Part shown: positions 20,117 through 28,923 of the stretch, piece by piece
Position numbering within the stretch: position 1 is the stretch's first letter
Layout: the number at the start of each line of letters is the position of its first letter
Assembly (NCBI GenBank): GCA_964592635.1
Contig: CAZQFZ010000001.1
Location: forward strand, 10,974 to 74,973
Direction of reading: 5' to 3'
DNA length: 64,000 bases
DNA from: an uncultured Rhizobium sp.
GTDB taxonomy: Bacteria; Bacteroidota; Bacteroidia; NS11-12g; UBA955
Notes under the pieces: generated by a model
The model's database searches: none
What the model was told of the DNA's origin: nothing
The model's input: only the letters and a program-made list of their open reading frames with translations
Position numbers and translations under genes: made by a program

Positions 20117-21228
20117 TGAGGATTCTAATTGTTCGCTTTAGTTCTATTGGTGATATTGTATTGTGTACGCCAGTTTTTCGTTGGATTAAGCAAAATTATC
20201 CAAACGCCGAATTGCATTTTCTGACCAAGGGGAAGTTCAAACAGGTTGTAAATGGAAATCCATATATTGATCATCTAATTGAATGGGAAAATCGGACTCA
20301 GCGGTCGGAAATGTTCGAAACCGACTATGATTTTTTGGTGGATTTGCACAATAATCTTCGAAGTCGAATGGTTAAATTGCGACTATGGAGCGTGCCCAAT
20401 CGTTCCTTACCAAAACAGAATTTACAGAAAATAGCACTGGTTTTAAGTTCCAAAGGAAGTTGGGGTAAATGGATTTTGGGTTCATCTTGGATTCGTCGAA
20501 TATTGTTTGATTTTTCGGGGGATGTAAATTCGAGTACAAAGGGAATTGATCGCACGGATGTTTACTGGGGAGATGGTTCCAATTCAGTGGGTAATAAACC
20601 GGCTGTATCGAATATTGTGACCCGAAATTTAAGTTTGCTGACCCATTTGGGTTTGGATTTGGAAAATTTGCAAAACGCAGATCGTTTTTTGGATTTTTTT
20701 ATTGAAAATCCAAAGACGAGCATTGAACTACCGGAAAAGTTCGTTGCTCTGGTTCTGGGTGGAACGTATGCAACCAAACAAATGCCACTAGAATTGTTGG
20801 AATCCATCATAAATAAAGTTAATTCGCGGGTGGTGTTATTAGGTGGTCCAAACGAATCAAAATTGTCGGAACAATTGATGTTGCAATTCCCCGATAAATT
20901 GTTGAACTTTTGTGGCCAATTAAATTTAAACGATTCTGCCTGGTTGGCAAAACAGTCGCAAGTAGTACTTTCAGGCGACACCGGAATGGCGCATATTGCT
21001 GCTGCTTTGGGCTGCAATTTGGTGATGATATGGGGAAACACAGTACCCGAGTTTGGCATGTCTCCTCCTGTAAGAAACACGGCTAACGTACATCATTTTA
21101 ATGTCTTAGATTTAGATTGCAGGCCCTGTTCTAAGCTGGGTTATTCTGAATGTCCTCAAAAACATTTCAGGTGCATGAAGAACCAAGATATTGACGGCAT
21201 AAGTGCTGTAGTTGAAAATTATTTATAA
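20116..21228 (+). CDS. Glycosyltransferase family 9 (LPS heptosyltransferase-like)
   Basis: N-terminal 'MRILIVRFSSIGDIVLCTPVFRWIK' is the GT9 signature. Start ATG overlaps the polX stop (tgATG). Contains an insertion relative to typical ~340-aa GT9 enzymes. Confidence 0.7.
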   Translation: MRILIVRFSSIGDIVLCTPVFRWIKQNYPNAELHFLTKGKFKQVVNGNPYIDHLIEWENRTQRSEMFETDYDFLVDLHNNLRSRMVKLRLWSVPNRSLPKQNLQKIALVLSSKGSWGKWILGSSWIRRILFDFSGDVNSSTKGIDRTDVYWGDGSNSVGNKPAVSNIVTRNLSLLTHLGLDLENLQNADRFLDFFIENPKTSIELPEKFVALVLGGTYATKQMPLELLESIINKVNSRVVLLGGPNESKLSEQLMLQFPDKLLNFCGQLNLNDSAWLAKQSQVVLSGDTGMAHIAAALGCNLVMIWGNTVPEFGMSPPVRNTANVHHFNVLDLDCRPCSKLGYSECPQKHFRCMKNQDIDGISAVVENYL

Positions 21229-21285
21229 ACCATTATTAGATAGCGTGAAACATAGAATTTTTCGTTATTTTCGCAACCTTAAAAA

Positions 21286-21293
21286 TAAATTTG
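21286..21293 (+). promoter_or_regulatory. Candidate Bacteroidota -7 promoter element (TAnnTTTG) upstream of secDF
   Basis: 'TAAATTTG' lies ~27 nt upstream of the secDF ATG. No clear -33 TTTG. Confidence 0.3.
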
Positions 21294-21319
21294 CATCAAT
21301 TAGTATTTAATAAGAAATA

Positions 21320-24274
21320 ATGAAAAACAATAAATCGCTTGTAGTTTTTTCCATCGTTCTGGCGCTAGCTTCTTTATTCCAATTGAGCTTTACATTTAAA
21401 GCTAGAGGGTTTGAGCGCGAAGCAAAAGAATTTGCGGCTAAGAAAGCCAAGATGGGATTCAGTGAAAAGGATGCTTATCGTCGTTACATTGACAGTTTAG
21501 GTAACAAACCCTATTACAATTTCTTGGGAATGGTGGACTACACCTACTTTGAATGTAAACAAAAAGAGATCAATTTAGGTCTTGATTTACGCGGTGGTAT
21601 GAACGTAATCTTGGAAGTAGAGAAAGATGCTATTATTAAGGTTTTGGCAAACGATCCTACAGATTCAGATATGTTGAAGGCTTTGGAAATGGCAAACGTT
21701 GAGGAGCGCGACAAAGGAACTGAATACGTAACGGCTTTTGTTAACTCATTTAAAGCGGTTGCGAAAGACCGTAAATTGGCAGTATTGTTTGTAAAGGGGA
21801 ATACTTCTTCTATTCAATCTGATGCAACCGAGGCACAAGTAATCAATTATCTAAGAAGTTCTATTTCTACTGCGGTTTCTAACGTGAAATCGGTTGTTGA
21901 AAAACGTATCAACCAAGCGAATGTAACTCAACCTGTTGTTCAAGAGGTTGATGGTGGTCGAATCAGTGTTGAATTACCTGGTGTTGACAATCCTCGCAGA
22001 ATGGAAGAATTGGTAGAAAAGAGTGCGGCACTTGAATTTTATGAAGTGTACAGTGGGGCAGAAGGTGTACGTATATTAAACAATTTGTTGAAAGCAGGTA
22101 ACACGGCTTCTGTGGCTGCAATTGAAAACACTGTGGCTGATACTACGGTTAAAGATAGTTTAAATGCTAATGATTCTGTTGCTTCTTCTGAAGTTGCAAG
22201 CTCAAATAACAATAAGAAAAATGCTTTGGCAGCCATTTTGAAGCCATTTGGTAGAGGTGAAGGTCCAGTGGTAGCTAGTATCAAAGGCGGTGATCGTGAG
22301 TTATTAGAGAAAATTTTAACTCAAGAACAATTCAAATCGATTTTAGAACCATCGGTAAAAGTAGCTTACAGTGCTAAGCCAGCAGATTACGATGCTTCTG
22401 GAAAAGAAGTAGTTAATTCAGATGAATACTTTGTGTATTTCTTGAAAAGAGATCGCGACGGCAACGCCGCACTAGCATCAGGTGATGAAAACATCATCGA
22501 AGATGCACGCGAAAACACCAATCAAACAGGTCAAATTGAAGTAACAATGCAGATGACAGCTTCAGCTGCTTCTCAATGGGCTCAAGTAACCGGTGCTAAC
22601 ATTGGTAAGTATATCGCAATCGTGTTGGATAATCGTGTTTATTCAGCTCCCGTGGTAAATCAAAAAATCACAGGGGGTAATTCTCAAATCAGTGGAAACT
22701 TTGATATTCGTGAAGCTCAAGATTTAGCAAACGTATTGAAAGCGGGTAAATTACCTGCTCCTGCACGTATCGTTGCTTCTGAAATCGTAGGACCTTCTTT
22801 GGGAGATGCTTCTATCAAACAAGGTTTAAACTCTTTGTTAATTGGCTTCTTGTCAGTTATCGTATTTATGGTGTTGTATTACAACCGTGCTGGTTGGATT
22901 TCCATCGTTGCGGTTCTAGGTAACGTATTCTTGATTATGGGAGTGTTAAGTAGTTTAGGTGCTGCATTGACATTACCAGGTATGGCAGGTATCATCTTAA
23001 CGGTAGGTATGGCCGTTGACGCGAACGTATTGATTTACGAACGTATTAAAGATGAATTATCGCAAGGCAAAGGTTTGCGTTCAGCTATTGATCTAGGATT
23101 CAAACATGCATTGAGCGCGATTATCGATTCTAACATCACTACATTATTGGCTGGTTTTATTTTGACCTTCGCAGGTTCTGGCCCAGCTTACGGATTTGCT
23201 GTTATCTTAGTTATAGGTATTTTCAGTTCTATGTTTACGGCATTGTTCATCACTCGTTTGATGTTAGAACGCCGTGTAGCGAAAGGGAAGAGCATTTCAT
23301 TTGACACCACTTGGAACAAGAACTTCCTTAAAGGTAAAAATATTGATTTCGTTGGAAATCGTAAAAAGTATTATATCGTATCTGCTTTGGTAATCGCCGC
23401 TGGTGTTGTTGCATTTATTTCAAAAGGAGGAATTTCAACCGGTATCGATTTCAAGGGTGGTAACGCCTTTGTAATACAATTTGATGCGAGTAAGTCTTAT
23501 GGTACAGAAGATATCAAAAAAGCGTTGGATGAAAAATTGGAAGGTTCCAGCAATGAAGTTAAATCATTTGGATCTGAAGGTCAGTTTAAAATTGTAACAA
23601 CGTACAAGTTCAAAGAAGCAACCAAAGAAGCTCGTAAGCAAGTTGAAACAGATTTATTGGCTGCATTAAATGGTTTTGAATTAGTAAACTCAGAAGACAC
23701 TCAAAGTCCAGTTTTACAAACTACAAGTGTTGGTGCTTCTATTGCAACTGAAACTAGAAACAAAAGTACCTTCTTAGTGATCTTGACTATTGTTGGTATC
23801 TTCTTATATATAGTGTTGCGATTCAGAAGCGTATCTTATGGAATTGGAGCTACAATTGCATTGATCCACGATATTGCGGTAGTGTTGAGTGTTTTCGCAA
23901 TCATTGACGGCTACATGCCTTTTGCAACCGAGTTTGATCAGCATTTGATTGCTGCATTATTAACATTGTTAGGTTACTCCATCAATGATACGGTGATTGT
24001 GTTTGACCGTATTCGTGAGTTTATGGGCGAAAATCGCGGTAGTTTGAATGATGAAAAACTTATCAATACAGCAATTAACGATACATTAAGTCGTACGATA
24101 ATTACTGCAGCAACTGTATTCTTTGTATTGTTGGTATTATTCATCATTGGTGGTGATGCATTGAAAGGATTCTCATTGGCATTGTTAATCGGTGTTATCG
24201 TGGGTACTTATTCTTCAATCTGCATCGCAACTCCAATTGTTGTTGACGTAAATTCTAAGAAAAAAGAAAAATAA
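21320..24274 (+). CDS. secDF: Protein translocase subunit SecDF (fused SecD-SecF)
   Basis: 984 aa. SecD and SecF TM bundles and periplasmic domains, fused as is typical for Bacteroidota. Confidence 0.9.
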   Translation: MKNNKSLVVFSIVLALASLFQLSFTFKARGFEREAKEFAAKKAKMGFSEKDAYRRYIDSLGNKPYYNFLGMVDYTYFECKQKEINLGLDLRGGMNVILEVEKDAIIKVLANDPTDSDMLKALEMANVEERDKGTEYVTAFVNSFKAVAKDRKLAVLFVKGNTSSIQSDATEAQVINYLRSSISTAVSNVKSVVEKRINQANVTQPVVQEVDGGRISVELPGVDNPRRMEELVEKSAALEFYEVYSGAEGVRILNNLLKAGNTASVAAIENTVADTTVKDSLNANDSVASSEVASSNNNKKNALAAILKPFGRGEGPVVASIKGGDRELLEKILTQEQFKSILEPSVKVAYSAKPADYDASGKEVVNSDEYFVYFLKRDRDGNAALASGDENIIEDARENTNQTGQIEVTMQMTASAASQWAQVTGANIGKYIAIVLDNRVYSAPVVNQKITGGNSQISGNFDIREAQDLANVLKAGKLPAPARIVASEIVGPSLGDASIKQGLNSLLIGFLSVIVFMVLYYNRAGWISIVAVLGNVFLIMGVLSSLGAALTLPGMAGIILTVGMAVDANVLIYERIKDELSQGKGLRSAIDLGFKHALSAIIDSNITTLLAGFILTFAGSGPAYGFAVILVIGIFSSMFTALFITRLMLERRVAKGKSISFDTTWNKNFLKGKNIDFVGNRKKYYIVSALVIAAGVVAFISKGGISTGIDFKGGNAFVIQFDASKSYGTEDIKKALDEKLEGSSNEVKSFGSEGQFKIVTTYKFKEATKEARKQVETDLLAALNGFELVNSEDTQSPVLQTTSVGASIATETRNKSTFLVILTIVGIFLYIVLRFRSVSYGIGATIALIHDIAVVLSVFAIIDGYMPFATEFDQHLIAALLTLLGYSINDTVIVFDRIREFMGENRGSLNDEKLINTAINDTLSRTIITAATVFFVLLVLFIIGGDALKGFSLALLIGVIVGTYSSICIATPIVVDVNSKKKEK

Positions 24275-24299
24275 TCCTTGCACCTTGCGAGTCAATAAA

Positions 24300-24332
24300 G
24301 AGCGGGGTGTAAAAACCCCGCTCTTTTTTTTG
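24300..24332 (+). terminator. Rho-independent terminator after secDF
   Basis: GC stem agagcgggg / ccccgctct with a 5-nt loop, followed by a T9 run. Confidence 0.8.
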
Positions 24333-24422
24333 ATTTTTTTGAAGATGGTCATTGAAATAGTGCAAACCCCATTACTACAAAATAACTGAAAAAAAATACC
24401 CCCAAAATACTGCGTTTTTTTA

Positions 24423-24541
24423 TTTCTGATCACAAATTAAGCGGTCTCTGGAATGTGGCAGTGAATTGTTTCTGATCACAAATTAAGTGGTCTCTGGAAT
24501 GTGGCAGTGAATTGATTTTGATCACATTAAGTGGACACCGG
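24423..24541. repeat. 46-bp tandem direct repeat x2.5 (TTTCTGATCACAAATTAAG(C/T)GGTCTCTGGAATGTGGCAGTGAATTG)
   Basis: Two near-identical 46-nt copies (1 mismatch) plus a partial diverged third copy, immediately upstream of lysA. Confidence 0.85.
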
Positions 24542-24576
24542 AAAAAATATTGACTTGAAAGAATCCCAAAAGAGAA

Positions 24577-25803
24577 ATGAAAATGAAAGACATAAATTCA
24601 AAACAACTATTAGAAATTGCTGAGGAATTTGGTACTCCCATTTATGTGTACCACGGTGAGAAAATTGAATATCAATATAATCGTTTAAAGAAAGCCTTCG
24701 GCCAAGTGGACGTGCATTTGCATTATGCTATGAAAGCGTTGAATAATATCAATATTTTACGCATTCTAAGGAATCAGGGATCTGGCTTGGATGCCGTTTC
24801 TATTCAGGAAGTTCAATTGGGAATTAGGGCTGGATTTACTCCTGATCAAATTATGTACACCCCGAATTGCGTGGATTTTGAAGAAATTCGTCAAGCAGTA
24901 GATTTAGGTGTCCGTATCAATATAGATAATATTTCCATCTTAGAACAATTTGGAAATGAATACGGTAATACCGTGCCTTGTTGCATTCGACTGAATCCGC
25001 ACATCATGGCGGGTGGACATTCGCATATTTCCGTGGGACATATTGATTCCAAGTTCGGTATTTCTATTTATCAATTGCGACATGTTCAGCGAGTTATTGA
25101 ATCGCACAAAATTCATGTTAATGGACTTCACATGCATACGGGTTCGGATATTTTGGATGCTGATGTGTTTCTAAGAGGTGCAGAGTTATTATTCGAAGCG
25201 GCAGATCAATTCCCGGATTTAGAATTTATGGATTTTGGCTCTGGATTTAAAGTTCCATATAAGGAAGGCGATATTGTCACCGATATAGAAGAGATTGGAA
25301 ATCGTATTTCGGATGCTTTTCTCGCGTTTTGTGAGCGTTATGGGAAACCATTGCAGCTGTGGTTTGAACCCGGAAAGTTTATTGTATCAGAGGCCGGTTC
25401 ATTGTTGGTGAAAGCCAACGTGATAAAGCAAACTACAAGTACAGTGTTTATTGGTGTAAATAGTGGGCAGAATCATTTGATTCGTCCCATGTTTTATGAT
25501 GCTTACCATCATATAGAAAATATCAGTAACCCCAAGGCAACTACGCGTTTATATAGTGTAGTGGGATACATTTGCGAAACAGATACCTTGGGTTATGATC
25601 GCAAGATTGCAGAAGTTCGAGAAGGGGATATTTTACGAATTAAGAATTCTGGGGCGTATGCCTACACCATGAGTAACAATTATAACGCTCGTTTACGTCC
25701 GGCAGAAGTTTTGTTTTATCAGGGGAAGGCACACTTGATTCGCCGACAAGAAACGTTGGAAGACATCACGCGCAACGAGATTGAAGTGATAGGAGTGGTT
25801 TAG
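24577..25803 (+). CDS. lysA: Diaminopimelate decarboxylase LysA
   Basis: 408 aa. PLP-dependent fold-III decarboxylase motifs (…IYVYHGEKIE…, …HYAMKALNNINIL…, …HMHTGSDIL…). Confidence 0.9.
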   Translation: MKMKDINSKQLLEIAEEFGTPIYVYHGEKIEYQYNRLKKAFGQVDVHLHYAMKALNNINILRILRNQGSGLDAVSIQEVQLGIRAGFTPDQIMYTPNCVDFEEIRQAVDLGVRINIDNISILEQFGNEYGNTVPCCIRLNPHIMAGGHSHISVGHIDSKFGISIYQLRHVQRVIESHKIHVNGLHMHTGSDILDADVFLRGAELLFEAADQFPDLEFMDFGSGFKVPYKEGDIVTDIEEIGNRISDAFLAFCERYGKPLQLWFEPGKFIVSEAGSLLVKANVIKQTTSTVFIGVNSGQNHLIRPMFYDAYHHIENISNPKATTRLYSVVGYICETDTLGYDRKIAEVREGDILRIKNSGAYAYTMSNNYNARLRPAEVLFYQGKAHLIRRQETLEDITRNEIEVIGVV

Positions 25804-25811
25804 CGATTCTT

Positions 25812-25941
25812 TTTGCTAGGAATTGCGGAGTATTCGGCTTTGCTAGAAATTTCGGAGTATTTGGCTTTGCTAGGAATTGCGGGGTATGTGGCTTTGCTAG
25901 GAATTTCGGAGTATTCGGCTTTGCTAGGAATTGCGGGGTTT
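25812..25941. repeat. 27-bp tandem repeat x ~4.8 (TTTGCTAGGAATTGCGGAGTATTCGGC variants)
   Basis: Five head-to-tail copies with point variants, starting 9 nt after the lysA stop. Confidence 0.85.
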
Positions 25942-26022
25942 AAGAGTAATTTGAAGATATGCTTAAGCTTTGGGGAAATTCCTAATAGTTAAACGTAAAT
26001 GTTATCCAAACATTCAAAATAC

Positions 26023-26052
26023 AAAAAGGGCCGCTTCAGCGGCCTTTTTGTT
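26023..26052. terminator. Bidirectional rho-independent terminator between convergent lysA and the susCD-locus genes
   Basis: aaaaaGGGCCGCttcaGCGGCCttttt, with an A-run upstream and a T-run downstream. Confidence 0.75.
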
Positions 26053-26100
26053 CACAATTACTAAACGAATTTTTTTACATGTAAATCGTTTTGTTTACAA

Positions 26101-26991
26101 CTATTGGCAAACTGTATTAAACCAGTACTCTGGAGATTCAGTAACCCAATCGTATTGTTTGCGGATGTATCCGCGAACGATCTTGTATTTGATAGACAAA
26201 ATTTGTTTTCCTTGAGTGTTAGCACCCGCCATTAATTTATTTGGGATGAAACTGAATCCAAATTTGCCATTACCGTAATCCTTCATTTTCATTTGAGGCA
26301 ATTTCCCTGCAATATCTCGGTCTGCAGCTTTGATGTTATCGCCGTCAATATAAAAAACAAACTCCTCAGTACCAGTACCCACTCTCGCTTTAATAACACA
26401 GTAAAAATCATTTCTGCCTTTTAAGGAATCCGTAGTTTCTAACTTGTTATCGTAAAATATAGTGATTACATCGTTGGGGGTAATGCTCAATGTATCTTTG
26501 GTTTTTAAACCTGGAAACGAGTATAATTTCTTTGGACCTGTTTTGGGAGCTTCGATTTTGATTTCTAAATCTTCCGTTTTGCACTCCTGTCCACCGCAAT
26601 CATCCGACCCATTTTTCTTTTTAACCAAAAGTTTAATTGGACTTCCGTAAACTTGTGCTGCCGATACTTCGTAAAACGAGGTGGGAATCATTCGGTAGTA
26701 AACCAATCCATTTCCAGCTTTCTGTAACTTAAGAGCTTCGTTAGACGCGCCCCAAGAACCGTTGTTTAGGGGATGTCCAACAGGATGTTCTCTAGGCGAC
26801 CATGTCCACATGTACAAATCATCTGTTGTACCAGCTAGAACTGGACTACCATAATCTGCACATTTATTCAAATCTACCCAAACCGTTATACTGTCGTTAG
26901 GGTTGATGGGATCGGGTTCCACCCAAGCTTTTTGCGACATAGCACTGCCCGCAGTGAATACGCTTAAAAGTATAAATAATTGCTTTTTCAT
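26101..26991 (-). CDS. Secreted hypothetical protein, last gene of the susC-susD locus
   Basis: 296 aa with signal peptide (…AGSAMSQ). No recognisable catalytic motifs. Position suggests a SusE/F-like surface accessory protein. Confidence 0.45.
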   Translation of the reverse strand: MKKQLFILLSVFTAGSAMSQKAWVEPDPINPNDSITVWVDLNKCADYGSPVLAGTTDDLYMWTWSPREHPVGHPLNNGSWGASNEALKLQKAGNGLVYYRMIPTSFYEVSAAQVYGSPIKLLVKKKNGSDDCGGQECKTEDLEIKIEAPKTGPKKLYSFPGLKTKDTLSITPNDVITIFYDNKLETTDSLKGRNDFYCVIKARVGTGTEEFVFYIDGDNIKAADRDIAGKLPQMKMKDYGNGKFGFSFIPNKLMAGANTQGKQILSIKYKIVRGYIRKQYDWVTESPEYWFNTVCQ

Positions 26992-27019
26992 TCTTTTTTT
27001 ATTTTAGTTTTCCTCCCAA

Positions 27020-27538
27020 TTATTTGCGAACAAACCACAGATGATAAGATACAGTGCGTTCTGTACCGCACAATTTGTTGTATTTCAATACCAAGAATTT
27101 ATCTTGAGGACGAACAGGACGAACCAATGGGAACGACATTTCATTCACCGAACCTTGATTAAAGAGTACTTTACTCGGGTAGTTGCTATTGTCAAAGTTC
27201 CATTTCCCGTTATTCAATCCAAACATATCGCTGCCTTGTCCAGTTGTAACAGTGCAGGTTGAATCGGTTTGATTGAAAGCGATTTCCATTGGCGATAATG
27301 ATGAAATGGGATTGATAATGGTTTCAGTGACATCCAACAAAGTATCGCTTTCTTGGAATGCCAATTGTACGTTAACGTCTATTTGTTGCACACGGTAAAG
27401 TGTCCAGTTGGCAGAAATTCCTTCACGTTGATTGGCTCTTGGACCCAATTCTCGTGTTTCTTTTTTGCAAGATGCAAAAAATATCATGCTAGATAAAGCA
27501 AAAAGTGTAGTTAATTTTAGTGTTTTCATTAGTCGCAT
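27020..27538 (-). CDS. Small lipoprotein downstream of susD
   Basis: 172 aa, lipobox 'FFASC'. A start at the second Met (MKTLKL) would reduce the overlap with susD to 1 nt. Confidence 0.5.
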   Translation of the reverse strand: MRLMKTLKLTTLFALSSMIFFASCKKETRELGPRANQREGISANWTLYRVQQIDVNVQLAFQESDTLLDVTETIINPISSLSPMEIAFNQTDSTCTVTTGQGSDMFGLNNGKWNFDNSNYPSKVLFNQGSVNEMSFPLVRPVRPQDKFLVLKYNKLCGTERTVSYHLWFVRK

Positions 27539-28905
27539 CCTCCTGTTGGGTTAATGTTAAATATATCCGTTTTTTCAGTGATAGGGAATTGCATAAGCAT
27601 TCCTTTGCAATTCCATTCATGTCCGCGAATGAACATACGCTCTTTTTCGATGGCTCCCAAACGCTTGACTTCGTGAATGCGATCTCCTTGAAACATCAAT
27701 TCAACTCTACGTTCTTGGCGAATACGAGCTAAAATTTCAGCAGGAGTGGCGTTGGCATCCAATAATTGTGGAACCGTGTACGATTTATTGATAATTACGT
27801 TAATGTCGGTAATTGCTTGAGCATAATCTGTTCCCAGAGTAGCCATAGATTCAGCACGAATCAACAACATTTGTTTAAGATGCAAAACGGGTACATTAAA
27901 GTAAGGTTGGTTGAACATATTGGATCTAATAAATTCATTTTGCGCCCCTTTATTCACCACAGAAAGCAACATTAAACGTTTGTCGGTTGTTTTGTTATCG
28001 AGGGATGCATACAATGCTTTGTCCATTTGACAAGCTGGAACACCAGAAGCAAAATTGCTAGTGTATGAACCGCTTCTTTGGTCGTTAACACCGTACGAAA
28101 TAATGGAATAAATATGTTCAGATTCAGCAGAAGTAGTGAACACATTTACAGTATCAGATAGTGTGAAAAGTCCAGAACCAATTACATCGTTAGATTCTTT
28201 AATGGCAGTGTTGTAATCCCCTTTTTGGAATGCCACTTGTGCCAGTAACGCTTTTGCCGCCCATTTGGTAGCATAACCATTATTCGACTCAGGCAAGTTG
28301 GCGATTGCCATATTCAAATCGTCTTCAATTGCAGCATATGCTGTAGCTACAGATTCTCTTTTTTGTGGAGTAGTTACTACAGTGCGTACAACTGCGATTC
28401 CATCGTGTGAATTATCTGCAGTATATCCCCAGGGTTGAGCATACATTCTTACCGCAGTAAAGTGACAAAGTGCACGTATAAAAGCAACCTCTCCAGAAAT
28501 TCTCTTGGAATCTTCTGCTGTTAAGTCTTTGGCATCACTCATGTGCTCCTGCACGAAATTAGCACGGAATATTGCGCGATATAGTTGAGAATAGAACGCA
28601 CCACTGGTGGTATTGAAAAACAATACGTTATGGTTGTAAATCTCTCTGTAGTCGTTGTTGTTGGGAAGAGCTAAATTGTCTGACATCAATTCAGCCATCG
28701 TTTGATAAAATCCCCCAAAAGAATTAGCAACCTCGTTGTAACTTCCGTTCAATAATTTTTGAAGATCTTGAGTGTTTTGTATTGCATCTTCCACCAAAAT
28801 TTCGTTAGGTGGGGGAGTTTCAATCATTTTTTCGCAGGATGTTCCTAGGGCACTCAATCCTAAAACAACTGCTATATATTTTCCGAATTTTAACATCTTT
28901 TTCAT
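27529..28905 (-). CDS. RagB/SusD-family nutrient-uptake outer-membrane lipoprotein
   Basis: 458 aa, lipobox 'LGTSC'. TPR-like SusD N-terminal region. Lies immediately downstream of susC. Confidence 0.8.
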   Translation of the reverse strand: MKKMLKFGKYIAVVLGLSALGTSCEKMIETPPPNEILVEDAIQNTQDLQKLLNGSYNEVANSFGGFYQTMAELMSDNLALPNNNDYREIYNHNVLFFNTTSGAFYSQLYRAIFRANFVQEHMSDAKDLTAEDSKRISGEVAFIRALCHFTAVRMYAQPWGYTADNSHDGIAVVRTVVTTPQKRESVATAYAAIEDDLNMAIANLPESNNGYATKWAAKALLAQVAFQKGDYNTAIKESNDVIGSGLFTLSDTVNVFTTSAESEHIYSIISYGVNDQRSGSYTSNFASGVPACQMDKALYASLDNKTTDKRLMLLSVVNKGAQNEFIRSNMFNQPYFNVPVLHLKQMLLIRAESMATLGTDYAQAITDINVIINKSYTVPQLLDANATPAEILARIRQERRVELMFQGDRIHEVKRLGAIEKERMFIRGHEWNCKGMLMQFPITEKTDIFNINPTGGCD

Positions 28906-28923
28906 GATTTTGTTATTTTAAAA

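Noticed and set aside
24423-24541. Possible CRISPR array or lysine riboswitch upstream of lysA
   Set aside because: The repeats are directly adjacent with no spacers, and there are no cas genes. The sequence does not resemble the L-box consensus.
25801-25992. Read-through extension of LysA into the 27-bp repeat array
   Set aside because: Two of the three frames of the repeat unit are open by chance. There is no evidence for TAG suppression, and LysA already ends at a conserved C-terminus. It is kept only as a low-interest finding.
25970-26215. 81-aa ORF crossing the bidirectional terminator
   Set aside because: It spans the GC hairpin and the 3' end of the convergent gene, and has no coding signal.
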